Origin: Porphyridium purpureum
Lineage: Eukaryota
Assembly (NCBI GenBank): GCA_008690995.1
Contig: VRMN01000006.1
Span: 248,001-312,000, forward strand
Length of the DNA: 64,000 nucleotides
Reading direction: 5' to 3'
This document shows positions 52,132 through 62,413 of the stretch, in pieces (position 1 is the first letter of the stretch; every line of letters starts with the position of its first letter). The notes beneath the pieces were generated by a model. That model was not told the origin of the DNA. It ran no database searches and saw only the letters and a program-made list of their open reading frames with translations. Made by a program: the position numbers and the translations under genes.

Positions 52132-53685
52132 ATGGAGATCGTGGCGGTGCGGGAGCTCAGAGAGCAGCTTCGGTCCACGGAGCAGGAGGGCGCGTCAGTC
52201 CTCATTGAGAACGGCCGCGTCTCGTTTGGGCAAGGCAAGCATTCGCATGCTGTAGAGGCGCTCACTGACTATGCGTCCAGAAAGGGACAGGGTGATAAGT
52301 ATACAGTGGGAGCGGTGGTCTTTTTGGTGCAAAACGCGACGCTTGGCTTTCGTGAGTACGTGGATGAGTGCAAGAACAAGGGCATTCCGCGCGTCCAGCT
52401 GATTGACAAAGAAGATCTGCTTGGGTTTGTGCGGTTCCAGCAGGATACCGCTCCCGGTTTGGTCGATGAAGACCAGAAGCATGCAAAGTGGAAGGCCGAC
52501 CAGGCCATTCATCCCGACGCACCCGATGAGAGCTCCGATCGCGCCATCGGGCAAGAGGAGCAGAGGGCAGCCAGAATAAACTCGGATGCGGCGTTGGGCA
52601 ATCTAAACGAAGTCGCTGGGAAAAAGCGGACGCACGCCGAGTTGTCCGGTGGCGTAACGGCGGCACACAAGAAAGACACGGCATTTCCAGCGGCTGCGCC
52701 AAAGTTTAGCATCCCAGAGAAGTACACAAAGTGCTTTGAAATGGAAGGACGCACGCGTGACAACATAGCAGACGCACCAGGGCGAAGCTTTGTTACGCTT
52801 CAAAAGCGGTTGCAGCAACATACTGCCAACATGAAGCGCGCAATGAGCGATGCGAAACGCAGCGGTGCGGCCTCTGGGCATGGAACGTCATCGGCGAAGA
52901 CAAACGGCGCGAGCACAAGTGCTGCGACGACGACCTTCGATCCACGAGGTGATCGTTATGCTGTGGCAGAAGATCGCTACTTGCGTGAAACGCTAGGACA
53001 CGATGTAACTGCGCTCGGTATCGATACTGGTGCGGGTTTCCGTGGCATCAAGAAGACCATGAACGTGCCAGGCGCTGACAGGCCACCTGCGGCAGGCGGC
53101 GCCCCGGCGCCCCTGCCAGCTGCTTACGACTCGGGTTCGACGGGAAATGCGAGCGGAACGCGGAGACACCACACGGATGGAGCTCGGCGCCCGATTTTAG
53201 GCAACCCGATCATTATGCTGCCGGGTTCCCGCGAAAAGTGCGCCATCCGCATGGCGAACGCGCAAGCGTTCTTGGGTGGAAATCCGAGCCAGTACATACC
53301 GGCGCAAGGAGATCACCGCATGCCGCCGTTCCAAGTGCAGCGGTATTCAGCCAAGCTGGGGCGCTCGATTGTGTTTGACGTAGCAGACAGATTAGGCGGT
53401 CGCCTGAATAAGGCAAATGTGGTCGCGCTAGTCTGTGCAGGAAATCCGAGGGTTTTCGAAATGGTAGCCGAGGACCCAACCGAGAAGCCTGCCGACGTGC
53501 TCACAAAAATGCAGGGTATTTTCTTTGCTTTGGAAGGCGAGGCTATGCCCGCTAACCTTAAGGGCTTGCCGCTGCATACCTTGTGCTTGAGTCGCACGAA
53601 ACGGCACGAAGACATCACGGTGTATACGCAGTTTTGGGACTTGGTGGACGAGTACTTGCAGACTCATATCTTGCTAGAAAGATAA
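52132..53685 (+). CDS. CDC73: Paf1 complex subunit CDC73/parafibromin
   Basis: N-terminal YTVGAVVFL..YVDEC..IDKEDLL; C-terminal PIIMLP..MANAQAFL..VVALV..SRTKRHED..FWDLVD. Confidence 0.85.
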   Translation: MEIVAVRELREQLRSTEQEGASVLIENGRVSFGQGKHSHAVEALTDYASRKGQGDKYTVGAVVFLVQNATLGFREYVDECKNKGIPRVQLIDKEDLLGFVRFQQDTAPGLVDEDQKHAKWKADQAIHPDAPDESSDRAIGQEEQRAARINSDAALGNLNEVAGKKRTHAELSGGVTAAHKKDTAFPAAAPKFSIPEKYTKCFEMEGRTRDNIADAPGRSFVTLQKRLQQHTANMKRAMSDAKRSGAASGHGTSSAKTNGASTSAATTTFDPRGDRYAVAEDRYLRETLGHDVTALGIDTGAGFRGIKKTMNVPGADRPPAAGGAPAPLPAAYDSGSTGNASGTRRHHTDGARRPILGNPIIMLPGSREKCAIRMANAQAFLGGNPSQYIPAQGDHRMPPFQVQRYSAKLGRSIVFDVADRLGGRLNKANVVALVCAGNPRVFEMVAEDPTEKPADVLTKMQGIFFALEGEAMPANLKGLPLHTLCLSRTKRHEDITVYTQFWDLVDEYLQTHILLER

Positions 53686-54098
53686 ATGACCCTCCGATCG
53701 CACTTGCGTTCGGCTTTCTCTTTGCTAGTGCGCACGTGGCCCCGTAGGTCTTTGTCTCATCAGAGCGTTCCGGTGTTGGACCTGTTCTGCTCCGAAACAG
53801 GCTAGAGTGCACAAAGTTTTTCTACCATGGCCACGACGTTCTCTTTTCTAACTTTCGGTATGCGGCACCGAAGAAAGACAGACGGAGGGATAGGATTGGG
53901 TTGTCCAGACGGCGCAACGCATCTCTCTGGAAGGAAACATGGGCGGGGGCGAAAGAGACAACGGGTGATTTCTTTTTTTTCTTTTCTTTCAACTCTTACA
54001 CATAAAGCAAATGCTTACCGAAACAGTCAGTTGCAGCTACAAGCGAGGGAAAATGGGCCAAAAACAAGGAGACGGGGGGCAGTCCGTGGATTGGTGCT

Positions 54099-55337
54099 CT
54101 ACTGTTGCGCACATTGCACTCGCTGACTGCCCTCCTCCTCATCCATACCGTCTGCACCTGAGCTGTTTCCATTTGCCCGCGCGAACTTCTCCTGCTCTGG
54201 ACGGTAATCCATGAGCTCCACGTCTTCGTGGTGGTCGCTCATGGAAATGGAGCTCTTCGGGCCGAGGACCTTTTGCAGTGCTTCCATTTGGACGGAATCC
54301 ATGGCCTCCGGGAAGACGACAGTGAACTTGACAAAGAGGTACCCCTTCTCAAAGGGGCTCTTCCATGTAGGCATTCCCTCGTTCGGAATAGTCTTCACGT
54401 CGTTTGGCTTGATCACCTCACCCGGCGCTGGATGGGCTACCAACTCGCGGCCGTCCAAGTGCTTGATCACGACAGGAGCTCCGCACAGCGCGTCGACGAG
54501 CGAGATTTCTTGGACTAGAAGCAGGTTTCTGCCGTTTCTTTGGAAGCGCTCGTGCTCGACCTGCTTCAAGAAGATGATCACATCGCCAGGTTCCGTCCCT
54601 GGCTCCTCGTCTGCCTCGCCGCGGAACACAATCTTCTGCCCATCCTCCATGCCCGGGTCGACGTGCACTTCGAGCAGCTTCCTTTCCTTGACGACCTTCT
54701 GGGCCTTGCACGCGTCGCACTTGTAGCGCTCCGCAATGGATTCTCCCTGGCCGCGACAATCCGGGCAGATGGCCTGCACCTGCTGCACCATGCCTGGCGC
54801 AATTTGGTGCAACTGAATCATCATTCCGCGCCCATTGCACGTGCTGCAGCTCATGACACCCTCTGACGACGATGCGCCTCTGCCTGCGCACTGCTGGCAC
54901 ACGCGATGGCGCGTGATGGCAATCTTGCTGGTCTTGCCCTTGTACAGGTCCTCCAGCGTGACCTTGATAGCGTGCGAGACGGCCTCGCTCTTCTTGGGCC
55001 CTGTTCGGCGGCGCGAGCTGCCGCCAAACATTCCTCCCATGCCTCCGCCGAAGAACGCCTCGAAAATGTCGTTTGCGTCGTGCATTCCGCCGCCGGCGCC
55101 TTCCTTGAGCGCCTCCTCGCCGTAGCGGTCGTAAATCTGGCGCTTCTCCGGGTCCGAGAGCACCTCGAACGCGTGCGAAAGCTCCTGGAACTCCTCTGCA
55201 TTCCCGCCCTTATCTGGGTGCATGCGCACCGCCTTTCTCTTGTACGCCTTCTTCAGCTCCGCCTCGCCGGCGTCGCGGTCCACGCCCAGGATTTTGTAGA
55301 ACCGATCATTATCCACCTTCCCTGACGCCCTCCTCAT
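54099..55337 (-). CDS. DNAJA: Type I DnaJ/Hsp40 co-chaperone (Ydj1/DNAJA) with CaaX box
   Basis: J domain with HPD, G/F region, CxxCxGxG zinc fingers, C-terminal CAQQ. A short upstream exon is possible. Confidence 0.96.
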   Translation of the reverse strand: MRRASGKVDNDRFYKILGVDRDAGEAELKKAYKRKAVRMHPDKGGNAEEFQELSHAFEVLSDPEKRQIYDRYGEEALKEGAGGGMHDANDIFEAFFGGGMGGMFGGSSRRRTGPKKSEAVSHAIKVTLEDLYKGKTSKIAITRHRVCQQCAGRGASSSEGVMSCSTCNGRGMMIQLHQIAPGMVQQVQAICPDCRGQGESIAERYKCDACKAQKVVKERKLLEVHVDPGMEDGQKIVFRGEADEEPGTEPGDVIIFLKQVEHERFQRNGRNLLLVQEISLVDALCGAPVVIKHLDGRELVAHPAPGEVIKPNDVKTIPNEGMPTWKSPFEKGYLFVKFTVVFPEAMDSVQMEALQKVLGPKSSISMSDHHEDVELMDYRPEQEKFARANGNSSGADGMDEEEGSQRVQCAQQ

Positions 55338-56212
55338 CCTGCCCCCCCCTACTCAGACGTCCTCCTCGCTGACCTCCCTTCTTCTTCTCCTTCTCCTTCT
55401 TCCCCAACCACCCTTCCTTTGCCCCCACCACACGCCACACCCAACACCTCTCTCTCTCCTGCTCCCCTTCTTCCGTCTCCTTCTTCCCCCTGATGCTCCT
55501 TTCCCCTCCTCAAGTTTCCCCGGGTGTTTTCTCTTTCCCCCCCGGCGTTTTGTATGTGCCCGGTTTTGTGTTTCTGCCGCATGTGGAGCGGCCGTGTACA
55601 TCCATCCATGTGTAGGCCGCCCTCCTTCTCCTCACCACAAGTGTACACGCACAGAACCCTATGTTTGTACGTAGCGCCTCAACGCGCTCCTTCGTTTCTA
55701 ACAAAGACGCCCCGTGAACACCCTCGCCCAACTTCTTCCATGCACAACTGCACAACTCGTGCGCAGCTGGTAAACCCGGCTCGTTTACTACGACAGCGGG
55801 AAAGGATCCGGGGATCGGAAAGAACCCGCTGGAAACGCGTGGACCGCAATCGAACTGTCTCGAAGCTCCTGGCCCGCACCGGTAAGAAGAACGCCCACCA
55901 CACGTATCAAGCACTCTTGAACACACATGAACACGCGCGTGTGTGCAAAGGTGGTGGCTGTACTGGTAGCTGTACTTGTGTGGCGGGCGGGTGAGCGGTG
56001 TGTCCAGCGGAAAGGACCCGCGAAATAACTGCGCGCGGGTTAGGTCGAGGGTTGTGTGTTGGGACGCAGTTGGGCGGGAAACGCGCTCGGTTGGGAATGC
56101 TGAGTGGGGGCAGAGCGAGTGGTGAGGAGAGGGAACAGCGCCGACGCGCAGTGGGAAGAGGGGCGGTGCGGGGTGGCGGAGCGGGAGAGCGGGGCGCCGT
56201 TCGCTCGACTTG

Positions 56213-57040
56213 ATGCCGGTGAGCGCGGGGGAGCTCGTCGCGTTAGTGTGCGGGACGGTCGCGGTGGCCGTCGCGGCGGTGTGCGCAGTCGGCGCCGCGT
56301 GGTACTTGTGGAGGAAACGACTCGAGCACAAGAGCGAAGATGAGGAGACCGGGCGCGGCGCGCCGAGCGCACTGGAATACGCGCGCCAGGCACGGCACGA
56401 GCAGGCGCGCGGCGAGCATGAGCGCGGGTTTTGGTTCTTGAACGGCCGGGTAGAAGCAAACGTTAGCGGGACGTGGGACGCGGATGAGCTCGGTCACCTC
56501 TCGGAGAGCTCGTTCAACTCGCGGGGCTTCGAAAGTCCCGAGCACGTCACCCGGATATACCCCCGGTATGCGGCGAATACGGGTCTGCGCAGGGAGGACA
56601 TTGTGCGTTGGGCGCCCACTTGGACACCCGCCGTGTCAGACATTCATGTCTCGAGCCGCGCGACGCGCGGTTCAGAGTGGGAGCAAATTTGCGCCATTTG
56701 CCTGGACTCGCTCTCGCGCGAGGCTGGAGGCAGCCCCTCTGGGATCCCTTTTGTGGCCGTGACGCTGTGCCGTCAGCTCGTGAGGTGCGGCCATGCGTTC
56801 CACGCAAGGTGCCTCGAATGCTGGCTGCAGCAGGCCAACCGGTGCCCCATTTGCCAGCAGTCCGCGTGCCCAGAGAGCGAACTTTTTGCGGTGTCCCGTT
56901 CCAACCAGCACTCGAGCGCCGAGTTTCCAATGCTTGCCTCGCTGCGCCCGCAGGAGCTCGACACCTTGCAGGGCTACATTGTCCGTGAGGAGTTGTTGAA
57001 CGACCGGGATGTGCTCTCGACCATGACTCAGGCCGCATAG
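56213..57040 (+). CDS. RING-H2 E3 ubiquitin ligase with N-terminal TM (ATL-like)
   Basis: Hydrophobic N-terminal helix; CAICL..CGHAFHARCLECWL..CPIC. Confidence 0.88.
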   Translation: MPVSAGELVALVCGTVAVAVAAVCAVGAAWYLWRKRLEHKSEDEETGRGAPSALEYARQARHEQARGEHERGFWFLNGRVEANVSGTWDADELGHLSESSFNSRGFESPEHVTRIYPRYAANTGLRREDIVRWAPTWTPAVSDIHVSSRATRGSEWEQICAICLDSLSREAGGSPSGIPFVAVTLCRQLVRCGHAFHARCLECWLQQANRCPICQQSACPESELFAVSRSNQHSSAEFPMLASLRPQELDTLQGYIVREELLNDRDVLSTMTQAA

Positions 57041-57226
57041 CAGAACAGAAGAAATAGAGCCCCTGTAGTCTGTGTCCTAATAGCCCTTTCCCCGCGTGGT
57101 CACGCGACCCGGATGTAAATGTTTTATAAACGCTTTCGCACTTTTCGTGCCACCACAAGAAGCTACCGGTGTCCGAGTCATGCGGGACCGGCGCGCCTCT
57201 TGTTCGAGAGGGAGACACAATGTGCG

Positions 57227-58294
57227 ATGATCTACAACTTTATGTTTGTGACGGCGTCCGGCGTGGTGCTATACCACCAAGAGTTCACGCACGGTATCGC
57301 ACAGCCGCGGCTCGTGGGCGGGCTGCTGACGGCGCTCGAGGAGTTCAGCCGCGCCGCAGTGGGCGTGCCTGTCGCTCACATCCGCATGAAGCAAATGTCG
57401 CTCACGTTGGTAGAGGCGCCGTTTATGCGACGCGCCGAGACTAGCGATCATCACACGCTGGACCGCACCCAGTCGGAGCTCGAAGGAATGGCCATGCAGG
57501 CCGACCTAGGCCTCGACAATATCCTCGCCCATCGGCCTGACGCGCCGGGCCTCGCCAACGCGCATGTGCAAGCAGAACATGGCAACGGCGACGCGCAAAA
57601 TCCGGAAAAGACGGGGCCGGGTGCCGCAGCCACGGCGGCAATGAATGGAGGCTCATTCTCTGCGGGCTCGAATACCGTAAGGGCAGCGCCTGCACTGCAG
57701 GGTACCGCAGATCGGCTGATGTGCGTGCTCTTTCATAGCGTGGACGGGAGTCATGATTTGGCGGCGCTGCTGGCATCGCAGCTGCTGAGCACTTTTATGC
57801 AGCAAAACAGTGTCCATCTTGAAGTGCTGAAGCCAGCCCAAATGTCGACGACCGACAAATTCGCACGGTTCTCCGAGCAGGTAATCAATGTTCTGAAACA
57901 GGCGTACCGACCAATTATGCAGGACCTAGACCGCAACACGCTGGTGGACACCGTATGGCTCATCCATCACGACCAGACCTTTCGTGACTTTGAGCGGGGA
58001 CCATCCCGGTCGCTCATGTACGTGTCCAACAACGCCAACGTGCGCGGCATTCCGTGGCAGATTGTCGCCATGATGAACGCCGCGCACGACTTGATGAGCA
58101 TTAGCCAGCAGGTGCCACAAGCCATTCGCGTCGGGCGAACGCTACTCCTGCAGCATCTCGGCAATCACGGCCTATTGCTGGTCGTCAACAGCGACAACCT
58201 TGACAAGCCTGAGCTCTGGAGCGCCGTCGACCGGACACGCTGTCTTTTGAACGAGCTGCAGGATCTGCTCACTAAATATCACGGCTCCTTGTGA
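57227..58294 (+). CDS. Longin-domain protein with possible C-terminal roadblock-like domain
   Basis: MIYNFMFVTASGVVLYHQEF..LVGGLLTALEEFS has the longin beta-beta-alpha pattern; it resumes at LMCVLF..LASQLLSTF after a low-complexity insert. Confidence 0.65.
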   Translation: MIYNFMFVTASGVVLYHQEFTHGIAQPRLVGGLLTALEEFSRAAVGVPVAHIRMKQMSLTLVEAPFMRRAETSDHHTLDRTQSELEGMAMQADLGLDNILAHRPDAPGLANAHVQAEHGNGDAQNPEKTGPGAAATAAMNGGSFSAGSNTVRAAPALQGTADRLMCVLFHSVDGSHDLAALLASQLLSTFMQQNSVHLEVLKPAQMSTTDKFARFSEQVINVLKQAYRPIMQDLDRNTLVDTVWLIHHDQTFRDFERGPSRSLMYVSNNANVRGIPWQIVAMMNAAHDLMSISQQVPQAIRVGRTLLLQHLGNHGLLLVVNSDNLDKPELWSAVDRTRCLLNELQDLLTKYHGSL

Positions 58295-58582
58295 GCACGC
58301 GACTGCAACGTACGCGCTTCTCAGCGCGAGTCCCATCCGCGCGCGCTTCGAGCGCTCCGCATGTAGATAGACAGACCACATCAAACACTAAAAAATGCAC
58401 ATGGTTTTGGTCGGCCTGAGTGGACAAGCGTATGGGCAAAGTGGAGAAGAGCGTCGGAGGTGTAAACGGCGGCGCCGCCTGCCTGCCTGCCACGTCGCCA
58501 CACCCCAATTGGGCTTTGAGGTGTGACCCTTCTCGGCCGCGGAGAGAACCGGCTTGAATGTTCAGCGGTTCATGCACCGGGA

Positions 58583-60190
58583 ATGACTCGCCGATGGTCC
58601 ATCACATGGTTGGCGTGCATGGCGCATGCGCTCCATGTGGCGTGCGTGAGTACGACGCCGGCTGTTCTGCTGGGGCCCGTGCGAGCTTCACTGCAGCTTT
58701 CAGTGGCGCAGATTTTGATACCCACCAACGTGTTTCGTGTTGTACAAGCGGTCGGGCTCTTGCCGTTGGGCGTCTTGCTGGACTCACTCGACCGCGCGGT
58801 GATCCGTTTCCCCGTCATTTTGGGTCTTGCAATGGCAGTGACCGCCATGCTTGCATACCCGTTGGCGAGCCGTCTGTCGCATTTGGTTCTGCTACAGATC
58901 TTCTGTTCGACGAGTTTATTACTGGCAGGGATTGCGCCGCTGCTCGTGCTCGTCGACACGCACTTTGCCGACGGCACGTATGCAAAGACCGCAACGGGAA
59001 TTGTGCTGAGCGGCTACAGCATGGCATCTTGCGTCGCGCCGGTCGCCATTTCTAGGCTGGAGGCGCTGGCAGATTGGCAGGCCGCGTTTCGGACCATGGG
59101 AGCTACGTTCCTGCTCCTAGGGGTGGTTCCCGTGATTCTCTTCTTGCACCCGGCACCAAAAAGTCCCGCGGAGCCATCAGTAATTGACTCAGAGACACCG
59201 TTGCCTTCTGTGCCCACTGGCTCCGAGGTGGATCTCACATACTTATCGAATCAAGCTCGCGCAGAAGGCGAGGCCGCTTCCGGGACACCAACGTTGAACA
59301 GCAGTGCCGTGCTTTCCAGAAGAGTTACGGCGAGGTCATTCGCCGAAGAAAAGAGCGAATCTGCCTTTAGCTCGCGGGTACTTGCGCCAATTTTCTCCAC
59401 TAGGGTTGCAGAGTGGTCCAACCGACTGGCTTCGTTGCGCTCCGTGGCAATGGACACGCCGCTAGGCAGCATTCAAAGCTCGCAACAACCCGAGGCTAGT
59501 CCTAGAAGCGCGACATCTTTTGAGCTGGAGCGTGGATTGGAAATGCGTGAGAGGCAAAGCCTACTCTCGATTGAATACGCGCTCCTACTTGGAGTGGTTG
59601 GCATGTTCTCCTTCAGCTCGCATGTTCTGCTTGACCAGCTCGTGTTGTTCAGCACCGAGGAGCTTGGCGCAACGCTGTCTAAGGGCAGCTGGCTTTTCAC
59701 GCTCTTGAACTTGTTTGGGCTGCTTGCAAAGCTCGCGTCTGGCGCGCTGGCAGAACGCATTCACCCCAGCGTGCTATTGTTGGGCGCCACAATGAGCAAC
59801 ACGCTCAGCCATGTCCTCATTTTCACCTTGGTGCGCACAAACGCAATCGAAGGCGACGGCACAGTGCTCCATCTCGCCATGCGCGAGACCTTTGCACCGT
59901 ACGCTCTCTTTTCTGCCGTCTACGGTATCGGATACGGCGCGGTTTTCAGCCTCAGCACGGCCGTGCTGAGAGACTTTGGCGACCGATTCGCGCTTCGAAC
60001 CAGTCTTAACCTCGCCACTTTGTTTGCCGCCGGCGCTGTTGGCTCGTCCATTGCAGGTGTGTTCAGAACGACACACGGCACATTCCTGCCCGCCTTCCTG
60101 CTCCAGGCCGGCGCGGCTGGCGCAAGTGCGGCGCTCGCACTCGCCTTCTTTCTGCGTGGTCCTGCTTTGCCAATGGCAGAGGCGTCGTGA
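58583..60190 (+). CDS. Major facilitator superfamily transporter (MCT/OFA-like)
   Basis: Two blocks of ~6 TM helices separated by a Ser-rich loop; GVLLD and GALAERI motif-A-like segments; YGIGYG. Confidence 0.82.
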   Translation: MTRRWSITWLACMAHALHVACVSTTPAVLLGPVRASLQLSVAQILIPTNVFRVVQAVGLLPLGVLLDSLDRAVIRFPVILGLAMAVTAMLAYPLASRLSHLVLLQIFCSTSLLLAGIAPLLVLVDTHFADGTYAKTATGIVLSGYSMASCVAPVAISRLEALADWQAAFRTMGATFLLLGVVPVILFLHPAPKSPAEPSVIDSETPLPSVPTGSEVDLTYLSNQARAEGEAASGTPTLNSSAVLSRRVTARSFAEEKSESAFSSRVLAPIFSTRVAEWSNRLASLRSVAMDTPLGSIQSSQQPEASPRSATSFELERGLEMRERQSLLSIEYALLLGVVGMFSFSSHVLLDQLVLFSTEELGATLSKGSWLFTLLNLFGLLAKLASGALAERIHPSVLLLGATMSNTLSHVLIFTLVRTNAIEGDGTVLHLAMRETFAPYALFSAVYGIGYGAVFSLSTAVLRDFGDRFALRTSLNLATLFAAGAVGSSIAGVFRTTHGTFLPAFLLQAGAAGASAALALAFFLRGPALPMAEAS

Positions 60191-60307
60191 TTGTGAGTAT
60201 TAGGGTAGGTGTGATGCTGCAGTTGAGCTGTCGGAGAGTGCAGGCGTGTCTGGGTGAAGGTGCTGGAAAGAGCGAGGTATCGCCTACGGCTGGTCTTGAA
60301 GTCATTC

Positions 60308-61288
60308 ATGGGAGGCGCGATGTCTGCGTTCGTGTCGTACGTGACTGGGTGGCTGCCGGGGCGCCGCACAGGCTCGGCCTTGCCGATGTGCGCGATGGCC
60401 CCGCTTGACCCGCAGAAGAAGCGCGTGGTTGTGTCTGGCGCCTCCGGCAAGACCGGAAGGCTGATCCTACAGAAGGCACTGGATCTCTCTGTTTCGGAAG
60501 AGCCGTGGCAAGTGCTCGGCTTGGTGCGCGACGAGACCGCGCGCGCAAACTTGGTGTCGAGCATACCCGGTTGCACACCGGAAAATGTGCAGGTGGCCGA
60601 CATCCGCGATTCGCAGGCGCTCAAGCGTGTCATGTCTCCGCGCACGGACGCCCTGATTATCGCAACGTCGGCGGTTCCGAAAATCAAACCGCTGTCGATC
60701 CTGAAAGTGCTGGTGGGCAAGGTGATTGGACAAAAGTACGCTCCCGAGTTCACTTTCAAGTTGGAACAGAGCCCAAAGGAAGTCGACTATGAGGCGCAGC
60801 TGAACCAGATAAACGCTGCGAAGGAGGCTGGCGTCGAGCACGTTGTACTGCTCGGATCGGCAGGAGGCACAGGGGCGAACCAGTTTCTCAACACCATTGG
60901 AAATGGAAACATTCTCGTGTGGAAGCGTCGCGCGGAAAAGTACCTCATCAACTCGGGCATCAAGTACACAGTCATCCACGCGGGCGGTTTGATGGACAAG
61001 GAAGGCGGAAAGCGTCAGCTGATCGCCACTGTGGATGACATCATTGAAAGCGTGCCGCTGCAGGAGAGCAAGACCAGGACGGTAACGCGCGCTGATGTCG
61101 CGACGGTTTGCGTCGAAGCGCTGCGCCACCCCGAGTACGTGAATCGGTCCTTCGACTTGTTCAGCAAGGAGAATGGCGAAGTTACAACGGACTATGCCAA
61201 ACTGCTTCGCGATCTCAAGGGAAACTCGAGGTACGCTTTTCCCGTGGACGAACAGGACGAAAAAGAAGGGTATCCGAACCCGCGCTAA
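60308..61288 (+). CDS. Atypical SDR / NAD(P)-binding protein (At5g02240-like)
   Basis: VSGASGKTG, ATSAVPK, PKEVDY..QINAAK, LNTIGNGNILVWKRRAEKYLINSG, HAGGL, RADVA. Confidence 0.88.
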   Translation: MGGAMSAFVSYVTGWLPGRRTGSALPMCAMAPLDPQKKRVVVSGASGKTGRLILQKALDLSVSEEPWQVLGLVRDETARANLVSSIPGCTPENVQVADIRDSQALKRVMSPRTDALIIATSAVPKIKPLSILKVLVGKVIGQKYAPEFTFKLEQSPKEVDYEAQLNQINAAKEAGVEHVVLLGSAGGTGANQFLNTIGNGNILVWKRRAEKYLINSGIKYTVIHAGGLMDKEGGKRQLIATVDDIIESVPLQESKTRTVTRADVATVCVEALRHPEYVNRSFDLFSKENGEVTTDYAKLLRDLKGNSRYAFPVDEQDEKEGYPNPR

Positions 61289-61380
61289 TATCTTGTTTGT
61301 TGGGCCGGCCTCGCAGTAGAGCGTGACGTTTAGCGGATCCCTAAAAATTCAACTACGTTTACAGCGTCGCGCCCAAAGTG

Positions 61381-62271
61381 TCATAACTTTGCAACCTGCG
61401 CTTGCTTTGACTTCTTCGCGCCATCGCGCTTGCCGCTGAGCTGCTCGAGCACGGCGGTCAGCTGCTCCATCACCACTGGCCGGTTCAGCAGTTCCCAACT
61501 CTGCTCGGCCTCGCGCTGTGCATTAGCAGCCCACGCGTCCGAAAAGGGCTTGCGCAAATGCGCCTTTGTGAGCGCACGGCCAGCGTCACTGCGTGTTGCC
61601 TTTAAATACTGTTCGGCAGCCTCGCAGCAATGCTCCAGAAGCTCTGCGCGCGACCCTGCCGAGTCAACGACACGATGCACGAGTCCTAATTGTAGCGCGC
61701 GCTGCGCGTCCACGAGCTCACCCTGAACGAGCAGCTGCTCAGCCGGCGGGCCGACGGTTTTGATCATGAGCTCGGCCCAAAATTGGGGCGGAATGATGCC
61801 GAGATTGCTCTCGTTGAGGCCAATGACTGCGGTGCGATTCGCCACGCGCAAGTCGCAGCAGAGCGCCATCACGCAGCCACCTGCGGGGCAAAAGCCGGAG
61901 ATGCATGCGACGGTGACGAGGGGCGAGACGTACAAGCGTGCCAAGAAGCGTGTGAGCGTGGTCCAAAACGCGTCGAAGCGGTCTCTGGACGTGCTCTTGG
62001 CGTGCAACTCTGTGATATCGTTGCCCGCGCTGAACACGGCCTCCTTTGCAAGCCCTGAGGTGATAACGAGCGCGCGAGCGCGGTCGCACGACTCGACGGC
62101 ATGCAACGCGTCGCCGAGCTCGGTCCAGACGTGCAGATTCATTGCATTTGCTGGCTCGCGCCGAACGGAGAGCACAGCGACGCCAGCCGCGCCCCGCAGC
62201 CGCGCACGCACATACCGCCCCTCATACACGTCGCGCTCGTCGCGCGCGCCTGCGCCGTCCTCCTCCACCAT
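61381..62271 (-). CDS. ECI1: Enoyl-CoA delta isomerase (crotonase family) with PTS1
   Basis: EPANAM, VFSAGNDITEL, PAGGCVMALCCD, IGLNE; ends in AKL. Confidence 0.88.
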   Translation of the reverse strand: MVEEDGAGARDERDVYEGRYVRARLRGAAGVAVLSVRREPANAMNLHVWTELGDALHAVESCDRARALVITSGLAKEAVFSAGNDITELHAKSTSRDRFDAFWTTLTRFLARLYVSPLVTVACISGFCPAGGCVMALCCDLRVANRTAVIGLNESNLGIIPPQFWAELMIKTVGPPAEQLLVQGELVDAQRALQLGLVHRVVDSAGSRAELLEHCCEAAEQYLKATRSDAGRALTKAHLRKPFSDAWAANAQREAEQSWELLNRPVVMEQLTAVLEQLSGKRDGAKKSKQAQVAKL

Positions 62272-62413
62272 GCCGTCGCGTACACACCGACCTCCTGCCT
62301 TCCCCCCGCCTCTTCCGCCTCACCCTCTTGCACGCGACTCGCTGCAATGCCACGCACACTGTACACCCCACCCCGCGACGTACACTTCCATTCGCCGATA
62401 GCGCGAACGGCTA

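Noticed and set aside
55340..55520. Long CT-rich (GA-rich on the coding strand) tract upstream of DnaJ; similar tract at 36750-36830
   Set aside because: Low-complexity 5' UTR/intron-type sequence with no defined unit or structure.
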